Positions 1-11,671 of a stretch of DNA of 64,000 nucleotides are shown in pieces; the stretch's first letter is position 1, and each line of letters starts with the position of its first letter. The position numbers and the translations under genes are program-made. Under the pieces are notes generated by a model. It was not told where the DNA came from and ran no database searches. It saw only the letters and a list, made by a program, of their open reading frames with translations. Source of the DNA: Styela clava (Eukaryota); NCBI RefSeq assembly GCF_964204865.1, contig NC_135254.1, positions 10,540,001-10,604,000 of the forward strand. Direction: 5' to 3'.

Positions 1-1202
1 TAATGTTTCCAGTACACTGCAACTAAGAATAAAACTTCCAGCCTCATTAGTTCCATTATCAGAACAGTGGTGCAGATGAAATCTAATTCGACTTGCTAGG
101 ATGAATCCTAAGCATTAGGATCTGATATTTACAATACCTAAGCCTAATATGAGTAATGAGGTTAACATTTTCACAAACGTCAAAAATAATGAAGCTTTTG
201 TGGGAGACAGAAAGAGTAGAACTTCCTATTACGAGTGGGACGTTTCGATAACCTTTTAGTTACAACGTTTTTGAAATGACAGCAAAGAGATGATTAATGA
301 CGAAATTTCCTTCAGAAGAAGATGCCTATTACAAAGCTCATTAGCATTCTCTAGTCACTTATGTGTATGTTAAGCAAACCTTATTCATACAGTAAAATAG
401 AGGTATTTCAAAAATTAATTTAATTAAATATTCTTGGAGAACATGGGAAATTAAATAATAGACATTTAAAAATTAATTTATTAAAAATGACTCACTCAGA
501 TATCAAAATGTGAAAAATTATACCAGTAGAGGATCGGCCTAATACTATTTAGTACTAAACTTTAGTTGAGATTTGAACGCAATAATTTAACTGTATTCTA
601 AAAATAAATATATGTGTCAAATTTCAATATAGATATGAATTGTTTTGAATATTGGTAGATTTGTTTTTTAATATTATTTCCAATTAGTGGTGTAATTAGA
701 CACCCCATTTTCCAGAAAATAGTGTAATATTACGATGATACCTTGTGCAACAAAAGCTATTTTCTGAGAATAAATGTGTGAGTTACATATTTAATGACGG
801 ATTTGTGTTGGTTTGTGTATGAGACTCGTTCAATTTGTTTTAAATCAGGCAAGAGTCGGAAAAAGTTGAATGAATTCCATCTAAAATTTCTGAATGTGTA
901 AGTGAATGATAAAATGAGTGTAAATTACATTCTAAAGACAGACTGAAATAACTTGTAACGAAATGATTCCCTGGAATACTAAACAAACATTGCTGAATAT
1001 TTTGCATACAATTGATTGCAGTATAATTAAGCCTGCCTTTACTTTACCTAGGCTTGTTCATCATTGCATCTGAGACACATGTGCTGTATAATTGGGAGAT
1101 ATAAGCTTCTTGCACTGTAACGAGAAAACCCGAATTTTGCTGCTTGTCTGTACAGCATTACAATCTATATTTGAATTTTGTCAGCTTTTGTGATTTAGAA
1201 GA
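1..1202. repeat. Diverged, partly deleted copy of the inter-gene spacer of the cassette (unit 0)
   Basis: Blocks such as agtacactgcaactaagaat, cagcaaagagatgattaatgacgaa and gtgtaattagacac recur in the same order at ~11968-14110 and in the three later spacers. This implies another receptor gene starts just left of the window. Confidence 0.85.
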
Positions 1203-1475
1203 ATGAGAATTGAATCAATATTTTTGTTTATTCTTTTTCAATACCCAAGGCATCTCAACAGAGCAGAGCAAATCTTTTTTTAATTTTAATTTTTTTATTT
1301 AATTTAATCAAATTTAATTAATTTTAAGCCAAATTTAGAAATTATTCATTTAAATTATTCAAAGCAACTGCTCAATTTGTCGAGATCAAATTGTCTAGAA
1401 ACAGCTGCCATGACATTTATGGGGCTTAATTTTGTGGCGAAGAATAATTCCTTTTTAAGCGTCAAATGCGATCAA
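1203..1475 (+). pseudogene. Relic of the secreted VWA-FN3 gene (unit 0): signal-peptide exon only
   Basis: ATG at 1203 gives MRIESIFLFILFQYPRHLNRA, homologous to exon 1 of the intact copies. It lacks the GT donor and is followed directly by sequence matching the intron after the DGSGS exon. No VWA exons remain. Confidence 0.75.
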
Positions 1476-2116
1476 CAATTAGTTTCTTTTCTAAAAATAA
1501 ATATATGTATTATATTTTAATGTGAATTAAAAATGATATAGCTTAGTGCCATTCACACACTTTTGGTTTTCATAAATAAATAGTGAGTTGTGAAAATAAA
1601 ATTGCAAAACTCCTAAATGCAAGTATATACAAGTGTTATAGTGATCATTGGCTCAGAGATATCTTTATGCGGTAATGTAATAAATAAGGATAAGTTTGTT
1701 CCTATATTTCATAAAAATGTCTTTTTATGAATTATAATAAAACCGTTAAATTTGAGGTGAGATAGCGGGTTCTACAGGATTTAGGATAATGTGAAAGACA
1801 TAATATATATAAGCAATGGCATTCTTGCGGTTTTGCAATCTTTAGGTAATGGGAATCAGGAACCGATTAGTTGGAGTTCAATTACGACAAAATAGCATAT
1901 AGGTTCATCCCTACAACTTCGACAACAACAGTAATTTTAGAAAAACGATTTATATGTCCATTTCGTGTTCACAATTTGCACGGGACTCTATTGCATTCAA
2001 ATAACTATTTTCGATTGTTACTTCAGATTTCAAGATTAGACACCTTGCTGTCATCATCTGAGTGCCAACAACAAACGGCCCGTCAGGCGATAATGTTACT
2101 TGAGCATAGCGATCAA

Positions 2117-4353
2117 TTAGACTTCTTTTGTCACAATGACATATTCATCACCATTAGGACCAATAACTGTCCTTTGTATTCTATTCTGCCTTCTGACTGC
2201 CGTGGTCTTATCAATTTCCTCGTATACATCCTGTTTACATGATTTAAAACTTGGATTGACCGGTGTTGCAACCTTATTTCAAGACTCCCTTCTTCAGCTA
2301 GAGATGGACGGAGTGCGGTCGAGACTACTTTGATTGTTGATTCCCTTTGTATTTCAGCGAAAATTTAGTTTCGACTTTCCACAGGAGAATTTCTATCGTC
2401 TATTGATATTGGTATTGCAGGTAAAATCATATTCTGTATGACTGAATTATTCCTATTTGAATCATTGTTGAGACTTTCTTTAGTTCTCCGGGGTTCTTCG
2501 GTCTCTGTAGATTTTTTGCTCGTATTCAATTGCAACATAAGGCATAATATCATTTTTGATTTTTATGTCCGTGGCTTTGAGTGAGGTCGGCAAAGTAATG
2601 TGCTACAATATTTTGATTTTGCTACTATTCTTGGTCTTTCTTCTCATTGAATTTTGTTTTGTTGGGATAACTTCAGGCGGCATTACAACCTATATTGACA
2701 CAGTTTTCATTTCTGCCATTATTATTGGGTTCTCCAGTAAACCATGTTTCATAAGATTTAGCCTCGCCATCAATCCACGCAAAGATGTTATTTCTCACTC
2801 TTTGTAATCCAATAAAAAAGCCATATGGCTTACTTGTGCAATAAATTTTTGTTGTTAACATTTTGTCGATTATTATGGGCTACAATAAATCTTTGTCGTT
2901 AAGACTTCGTTGATTTTTACGGAAAATTGGTTAAATAAGAATAAACGTTTCACATTTTTAGGTAAGGTAAGTATATTTTTAACAAATAAAATAAATACAC
3001 CAAGTCGTAGACACAGTTTTGCTTGTTAAAGTTAGTACAACCTAAAATAATAACCAATAATTCAGAAACTTCAAAATGAAACAAATTTTTATCAGCTATA
3101 TAAAAAAGCTTTTGTCATATTTTCAGAAATTTGATGTCAAACTTAATACTACGCTTTTTCAATACTGAATGACGACTACACGAAAAACACCAAGAAAGGA
3201 GTATTCGCTCAATGTCATAGCCTATACAACATTGGTAACCAAACTATTATCGCTCGTGGCCCCCTACCAGAGGCGTTTGGCCCTCATGGCCCCCTGTTTA
3301 TCAATCCAGTAGTATTTTGTATTGTTATTTTGATTGGTAAATTCCAAATCCCATCATGTTCAAACAATTCAAACTCAACAAAGTGAAAATACCTTGTGAA
3401 ATACCTTTAACGGTCAATGAAATTAGGAAAAACTTGAAATTTCCATGTAACGTAAAAAGTAAAATCAGAGTTGAGTCTAGCATGGTGGCCCCCTCCAACT
3501 GCTCTGTAGCCTTTGTAAACCACAGGTCATAGGTTGGAAACTGCTGCTATACAATATAATCATGCCTGAGTCCGGGATCACAAGACTAGAGATGAAATTT
3601 AGCGTTTCGCTTGTTTTACCAAGAGCATCCCACCCTGTTGTATACAAAAGTTTATACTTTTGTCGAAACTCCATATGTCATCAGCTTTAGATACATAATA
3701 TTCGATATTTTTATAGTCTCTGCCAACTCCCACGACGATCTATTTAGAGAAAAACTTTGGTACACTGGTTGTGTACATTAAAATTTATATAAAAAAAAAC
3801 TCAATCGTCTTTTGGTTTTCGAAAATTTGAGATTAATATTTTTGAAAAATCATTTTCTCTGGCTACTGTTTAATAATTTCGTAAACTCTTTCAAATACCT
3901 TTGAAAAATAAAACATATTTGGAGATGTATTTTTTTTAATTTTTGAATAACGTTTAATTTTAACATTGTAATTATTTCCATCATCGTTGTTATATTGAGT
4001 GTCAAATTGGAACAATTTCTCGAGTGCAGAATACATGTTTTGAAGAGAATCGACTTACATATATCACGTACCTTGGACAGAAGTAAATTCATAAAGGTTC
4101 GTGCTTTGAGTTGTTTTTGTTGATCGGGTTGATATAATGTATGTCGATGCCGTTGAAAAGATTTTGTCTACCATATAGTTTGGGAACTGGTTTTATCCGA
4201 TGTCCATATTGCCTCTAGAGTTGTCTGCTGGACTGATTGGTTGACGGAAGTGCAAAGCAAAAACAGTCTCCTTATCATAAACTGTTGGGGCGATGTTGTC
4301 AGCGTTGGCTGTTGTCGATTCGTCCCACCCAAAACCAGATGAGCCCAGAACAG
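2117..4353 (-). pseudogene. Degenerate C-type lectin receptor pseudogene
   Basis: Four relics in gene order. Frameshifted S/T-rich exon at 4072-4353. A 174-nt CTLD exon-a at 3566-3739 (EYYVSKADDIWSFDKSINFCIQQGGM..KTSETLNFI) with frameshifts and a GC donor. Truncated CTLD exon-b at ~2690-2835 (YGFFIGL..WIDG..WFTGEPNN..ENCV). Tail-like relic with VYEEI and DEYVIV at ~2117-2235. Confidence 0.8.
3230..3546. mobile_element. hAT-type MITE
   Basis: Imperfect TIRs cattggtaaccaaact / ggttggaaactgctg flanked by a perfect 8-bp target duplication ctatacaa (3222-3229 and 3547-3554). Confidence 0.8.
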
Positions 4354-6463
4354 CTATTTAAAAAATCACAACAACTAAGCTTCAACCTTTTTGATACTTG
4401 ATTCATTCAGAGTAATTTTTCATAAAAACACGAAAACCCTTTCCCTTATTTATTATTTATTTCACATCTTCGATTCTAGAAAGTAAATATTTGGTGCTAT
4501 CTAAATCTATATTCTGCAAATTTTTTGATTTATATTCACAGTATTGCAAAACTCTTACTTGTAAATTTCATGACACAGAAGATCCAGTAGCAGAAGAAGA
4601 ATTTCTACGTTTACGTCAACATATATAATAAAATCTCAATAATAACTTGAAATCCCTTTTTATCTTGAACTACCAATCAAAAAATTTGCGCACGTGTATC
4701 CAGCTCAAATCGTTTTATCCTGCCTCCTACAAACCCTATCCAATCGTCTTATATATTTCACAGACCTACAAAATATTGCATGTCCTGTTACTTCCCTGTA
4801 TTGCCCTATTTTAAAGATATAACTTTAATCCTTCTCAGCGATTAATGAACAGATTTTATGTATGCAAAATGGATATATTTTTTCTGTTTCATGAAGTTTA
4901 CACATCCCAATCGTTTACATTATTTGTATTAACGTATTTTCTATACGTAGTTTCTACATCACCACGCTTTCCTATTCTTGCTAATATACCTACATGCATG
5001 CAGCTATACGTAATGTTTTTTTGAGTCGATAAATTTATAACAAGACATTTACACAAAGTGAATTACATGAAAAAGAGATGGTGAAATTTTAGAGATCTTA
5101 CAGTAAGTTTCTTATTGTTCACACTTGTTCTGGCATATGTAACACCAAAGTAATCAATTGTATTAGTGGACAAGAGCCCTCTCCTAAATTTATTGTATGT
5201 TTTTTCACATATGTGACTTTTGGTTGAATACAACTATATAAAATTAAACTCAGTTACTTTGTAGCTTCATTCAACAAATCTTGTAACATGGCCCTGATTA
5301 GGTAACAAAATTTTGGACAAATATTGGCTGTGACCTCCAAGTCAGGAAGTTTGATTAAAATTTATATGAATTTACAACGAAAGCTATATATGTGAAGGTA
5401 AACTAGTAATATATATTTGCGAAATGCGTTTTAAATTCAATGTTGGAATAAAATAAATTCAAATTAGTAAACAATTCTCCGACCAACTTTATCGCATATG
5501 TATATTTGAATAAATGTCAAATTTTAACACGATTGTCAGCTCTACCACTAGAATCAGATGAAATTGAGTTTTGTATATTTCATACCTTTATTGCGAGATT
5601 TAATAGATAAAACGGAAAAATTAGATTTGATAAAAACACCCATCGATTAAATAAAATTGGTAGTGTAAATTTTTATATCTTGGAATGAAACATTGTTACC
5701 AAGTCGAAAAAGGCAATGTTATGAATGATTGAAAAGTATGGATTCAGCTTTATTTATGGAATCTTATGAATCATTTTTTTTTCTGTTTTATCAGTGTATA
5801 TATTATATAAAGCGGTATGAGGCAGAACAGCGTAACATATTCGAAAACTAAAAAATAGACAAAATTTACGGTAAAAATAACTTGAAAAACCCTTCCAGGT
5901 AACCGGACAAATTAATATTGCTCCCAATACATGTTTATATCATGGTATCAAAGTAGATATAATTTATAAGATTTGAACAACGACGGCGTTTTGTCTAATA
6001 ACCGATCCGGGTCCGATCTGTAAATAGTTAACCAAGTAATCGTTCCAAATGCACAACGTGAAAGCAACACGATACTTTCCATTGGATTTGGATCAACGAA
6101 ATTCTGCTTTACTGCTTGTTTGTTTCATTGAAGAAGAATATCGTGACAATTTTCCAAGTTTCGTTCACACCTTCAATGAAAATAACGCTTTGGTAAAGCA
6201 GTTTGAATTGGATTGTTCAAATTCATAATTATTTTACAAAATTAATTGAAGTAAATTCATTGTGAATTTAACTTATATATTGGTACTATGCTGATTTGTT
6301 TGTCAGTTTTCTTTTATAAATTTTCGACGATGGGGCGAAGTTGTTGAATCTTCATCATTCAATCAATTTATAAAAGAGCTCCAAAATTACTATCGTAAAG
6401 TTCATTGGGATCAGAAAATACCTTTTAAAAAAACAAAGCAGGAGCAGTTTATAATCAACCCGG

Positions 6464-6678
6464 GGCGCTCCGGAGGTGTGTGTACCAATATGGAAGTAGC
6501 TAATTTTGTTCGCCTACTTTACATCAAGTTGTGTGAAGGTACTGAAACCTGTGGGCAGAGGGCATGTTCACTTGGCTAACACAGACAGTCCCAATCTTGT
6601 AATAGAACTAAAATAGGGGGAAATCGGAAGAAAATTATGGCCTAACCCTAACCTGGTACGCACACTACGGGAGTAGCC
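6464..6678. mobile_element. Short MITE-like element with a taaccctaacc-containing end
   Basis: Imperfect terminal inverted repeats (ggcgctccggaggtgtgtgtacc / ggtacgcacactacgggagtagcc). Shares ttatggcctaaccctaacctggtac with the element at 9641-9829. Confidence 0.55.
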
Positions 6679-6844
6679 AACCAGATGTATGACATATTAG
6701 ATAATCAACAGTTACTTCCAGAGGCAACATGGCTCGAAGTTAGGTAAGCATTAGTAGATTTATTTATCAGTCTGAACCTGTTTTTCTGCTACTAATCCAA
6801 TAAATATGTGATATTGATTATAGTTTAATTTAACTTTCCCATCC

Positions 6845-9800
6845 TTATTTAATATTGTCAATATTTGCATAGGGGTCATCGTTTACTTCAATGTCAGACC
6901 ATTCAGCATCTCCTGTGACATCGGAATTCTGATCTGTTTCAAGTTTATTGACCGTTGCATAAGTTACTTCATTGAAGTTCGAAGAATCATCTTTCTTGGG
7001 TTTCTGTACAACAGCAAGGGTCACTTTATTGTCGTCTCCATCTGAAAATGTTTCCTGTTTCACGGGGCCTTTCGTTTTAGTCTTCTGCACGGTAGCGTAA
7101 GTCGGACCAGGCACTAGCTTTTCATCAAAGGAATTTTCTGGTTGCGAATTTTTTTTAGAATCCTCAACATTGTGTTTTTGAACCGTTGCGTAAACCACAG
7201 GGGAGTTCCCGTCAAGATAACCAGAAACATTAATTTTTTCACTCTTTTTTTGCTTATCAACGACAGCGTATTGAATTTCTGATACATCTGCCGCATCCAA
7301 ATCTTTTGAGGATTTGTATAACTTTTTCGATTTTGTCTTGTTAACAGCAGTATATATAGCATTGTCGTTGCCTTCTGGGGTCACATCGTTTATCTGATTC
7401 TGATGGTTATCGGCAATGGCGTAGAGGGAATCTTGCCCGTTTGATGAGTCAACTTGATCTTCGGGTAAGTGAGAATTATTGTCTGCCTGTCCATCAAGGT
7501 TTGCAAACGTCTGATAACGAAGAGTTTCCGTATTTTGAGAATTGTCTCGACCTGATTCCACATCTCCGGGATCTGTAGCAGTAAAACATGTTAGTGATAA
7601 ATATTAATATGAAGCAGCTGTTTTGACACACTTGAAGCATTTTCGTTTGGAGGAGTTGGAAAATAGGTCGGAGCCATTCAGATTAACTGACTACAGATTT
7701 GAATACGGACTCATACACGCTATTACCTACTCGAGTTACCTATATTAATATAATCACCATAACTGAATGCATGATGAAGTTCATTAGAAACAACAATTCT
7801 GAATTTTTACGTGGAAAGATTCTATTTAGTATCGGTTGGTATCGTTGCAACAGGTTGTGATTTAAATGTAACATCTTATCTTGTTTTACGCTTCTCTGTG
7901 TAGTATTCCTATATGCTATATATTCTCAATATATTTCCCGCAAAATCACTTTTTTCTCATTAGGCATATAGTTCAAATAAGATAATCATATGGTGCACAT
8001 AGAAATGAGTATTCCTTTTTGTTTGTCATACATTTACTAGCATGTGGTAGACAGTAAAGTACAAGAATTCATCAACCCAGATAGAATACGTTGACGTAAT
8101 ACTTTAAATGAAGTTACATTAACTTACGATCTGACATTATATCCCTCGGATTAAGTTGATTTTCCATTTCTAACCCTTTATTGTAATTGCAACGATCTCC
8201 TGTGTTTATGATTCCGCGGCCTCTTCTGAAAGCAAAACTTTAGATTTTATGCATTCTCGGTGAAATGAGTAAACCCTTATTAAAAAGATATTTGGTATCC
8301 GTTCACTATTTATAAAAGATGTAATGTCATAATGTTGGATATATTACCTTTTTTTGAGTTGCTTTGAAAGTATAAAAACAATGATAAGTGCTAAAAGAAG
8401 AAACCCTCCGATAGTTCCCACGACTGGTTCAATGATTGATGTTTGTGCAGCGGGTGTAGATGGACGAAGAATTCCAATCGTCGAAATTTCAGGAATTTCT
8501 GTGTGAGATAATATAGGAATTAATATCAGTACAATATAAATGATCAGAAATTTGATTTAATACATTATGTTCATTTAAACAAGCTGACACATTTTCGCGA
8601 GCTGAAATTAAATTTAAAATATTTTGCAACGCTCACATTTGAAAATTAATCGTACGAAAGGTATTTGACTGCTTCATCCTGATGTTATACATTTGAACAT
8701 TCTAATTGGTCTTTTGATCGATGAACAAATGTTGGCCACGTTCTCACGTGCATTTTAATAAATGACTCAATTGTAGAAAAGGTGAAACTGATTGTATAAA
8801 CTTATGATTTGTTATGGTAAACTATTGCTAATACTATTATAATTATCCCACGTTTCGTTTGTATTTGAGTTTGCTTTCATTGCAGACTTTGCCATGATTA
8901 ACTCTGATCAAGTATAAATTGTTTCTTATTTGCAGCTACTAGTTTAGGATCGAACCCGTAAAATTATAAATTTCTGTTTTTTGTGCGATTTTCATCGTCA
9001 GCAAGTCACTTGAGTTAAAAGAAAGATATTAATGTAGTATTCGTAATTTTTGTTTCATTGTAGCCGTGCACCGGTACACCGGTAGTCATGGTAGTCATTA
9101 CGTCGGTGGGTTCTTCGTTTGTGGACGAGGTGGTTAACTCACCAGCAGTTGTGGTTAATGGAGATGTTGTTTCCGCAACAGTAGTCGTATAACAAGTTGG
9201 GTCTTTTGTACAATTTGCAGTCTGTTAAAAATATTCAATCAAACTAAAAGAAAATTGAAATTGATCAGTATTATTACAATTTCCAAACATGGCTTTTAAA
9301 TGGCAAAAGTTTCTTTAACATACCCGCAGAGCATTAACGAAGGCATGGTCAATAAAAGCATAATTGCTTTTATTGGAAGCGCATGGCTTGCAGGAAGCGT
9401 ATGGCGTATGGAGCGTATGAAATTCAAATTAATGGGGTCCAGACTGAGGAAGTTGCAAGTCACATTTAAAATAAGAATGAGGTGATGAAATCATTTTAAT
9501 ACGTTAGTCAATCTGTTTCGATTAATAACTAATTACGACTAAACTGACTTAAATAAATTTACCTGAGTGGCAATGCTAGATGTAAATAAATATTGTCGTT
9601 GATGAAGTTGAGTAAAAAAATTGGTACTCAATTAACTCACAGATGGCGGATACCGGAACGTAGTATGTGTACTAGATTAGGATAGGGCCATAATTTTAAG
9701 TACAAATAAGACGCGAGTCACTTGGCTAATCCTCGAACTCGTAATAAATCTAAAATAAGCAAAAATTGAAATATAATTATGGCCTAACCCTAACCTGGTA

Positions 9801-11671
9801 CACACACTACGTTCGGGTGTCCGCCATCTCGTTCACATACTTCGGGAGCGCTCAAAAATCTATCAAACGATAGCTATATAATGTAAGTGTGTCTCAACAG
9901 TGTGTACGAGAAAAATGTTTTATTTCCATTTGTAATTTTTAGTTTTGCTACGACACAGCAATAAACATGCTACAAGTAAATAAAATCCTAGGCTCATGTA
10001 ATACTTAGCAATACAGCTAGGTAATGAGCTAGCAGTTTGAACAGAAACACAATCATAATGAGTTACAAATGGAAAACAAGTTTACTTCCGATTGTGTTGA
10101 CGTATCATTGCATGAGTATGGACCAATTCTACCGCTGTCAACACAAATTCTGTCACGCAGCTTTATTCCCGGGCATTCACAACTTCCCCGAGACTCCCAT
10201 GATCCCCAATTCCAGCCTGCAGAAACATATTGATTAAAATAAGAGTTGTATTCTTCATAAGTAAGTATTCTGAAGCAATTTTATATCAGTAAATTTATAT
10301 CAAGATGAACTGTTAATACAGTATAAACGATAGAAACGATAGCATAGCTATGTAAGGTATAAACAGTGATAAGATGACATTACTAAAAACATTAACAGGA
10401 TCTTTTCTGAAATAAAAGCTAATCAAATGTAGTTAACTTTGTACGGAAAAAAGAGACAGGTTTTTCACAGTTTTATTTTATCAAAAACTGAAAGTTTTGC
10501 TGACAGTAAATTATTAATATTGTGCAACTGCTTTTTTTAATAAGCATAATTTATCTAATTGAACATTGGACCAAGATAACCCAATTCTCAATTTTCTTTA
10601 AGAGAATTTGCTCAGAGCAAAGTTAGTCGCACTCACTCGGAAAAAAAAAAACAATCGTCTCTTGATCAAAATACGGCCGGTCGCTGAAATGCCAAGTGCT
10701 ACTGAAATCATACAGTATTTTGTTGGTGCAATAGGCAACAGCGAATAACTATTGATGCGATTCTTGAAACACTTCAAATCAATGCTATAAACTATGGAAC
10801 AGTAAACATTGGCATGAGTAACATGAACTAAACTTAAGTCGATGGCAATATTATATATGAATAGAGTTATTTTCATATAAAAAAAAGAGACATAATTTAC
10901 AAATTGAGTATATATAAATTTATTACAAATAATGCTTGTTACCGATCAATCGTTGGCAGACAAATCCTGTTAGGGCGTTCGCAGCGCATTCGACGTCATA
11001 CCACGGTAGATTTGCATCATACGTGTACCACCATCCCATAGCAACACAATGTTCAAGTAGATGATCAGAAGGTTCTCCTAAGTACCAGTTAGTGTAGTTT
11101 AGTTCTGAATTGTCTTTCCATATGAAGGTATTTTTTGTGACAAATTCCTTTAATCCAATATAAAATCCATAGGGTTCTCCTGTAGACAATAAAATGCCTT
11201 AGAGTAATAAAAAGTTTTGTCGCGTGTAATATCTATTGTATGTAAACATGATTGGTTGGGACTGTTGGACATTATTGTGAACGTGTACAAATATATGAAC
11301 ACTGACGATTTAAGAATAAAAACAAAAATTCGGGGGAAAACGTAAAACGTCCTATATACCTGAGGTATTTGAGACTTGAGTCTGAATAAACGTTTGAATC
11401 TCACTAGTTTTTATCATTGCCATCTCACCATCATTGTTTTTACAGAATGTTTCAGCATCAGCATAACGTTTTTTATCATCTTTTCCAGATACGTAGTATT
11501 GGTAACTTCCAAATCCATTCCACTCACCTCTATCTGGTCGCAAAAATTAAGGGTTCAGGAATAAGCACATAATTTGAAAGACGTGAGGATATATAGTATA
11601 TGCCAACCTGCGCTAACGACGGCAACCATCCAAGCAAATATTCCAACGAATATCGAAAGATTCTCCTTCAT
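6845..11671 (-). CDS. Receptor 1: SP-CTLD-TSP1-mucin-TM-ITIM-rich tail (~553 aa), putative inhibitory lectin receptor
   Basis: Phase-compatible GT-AG exons: 11671-11608 (MKENLSIFVGIFAWMVAVVSA), 11533-11360 and 11179-10943 (CTLD: FC..IGL..W..EPS..C..WYD..C..C), 10216-10086 (TSP1 WNWGSWESRGSCECPG..RDRIC), 9221-9143 (T-rich; this donor could lie further 3'), 8498-8348 (TM VVGTIGGFLLLALIIVFIL then KQLKK), 8225-8128, 7572-6845 (IQYAVV, VVYATV, VTYATV). Total 1662 nt, open. Confidence 0.88.
9641..9829. mobile_element. MITE with ~55-bp terminal inverted repeats in intron 4 of receptor 1
   Basis: agatggcggataccggaacgtagtatgtgtactagattaggatagggccataatt versus aattatggcctaaccctaacctggtacacacactacgttcgggtgtccgccatct. 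Absent from the homologous intron of receptor 2. Confidence 0.75.

Noticed and set aside
1871-2242. 123-aa plus-strand ORF
   Set aside because: No recognisable domain and a non-ATG start; it is antisense to the receptor-tail relic.
6640-6655. Telomere-like taaccctaacc (also ~9785)
   Set aside because: Only about two units, embedded in MITE termini; not an interstitial telomere array.
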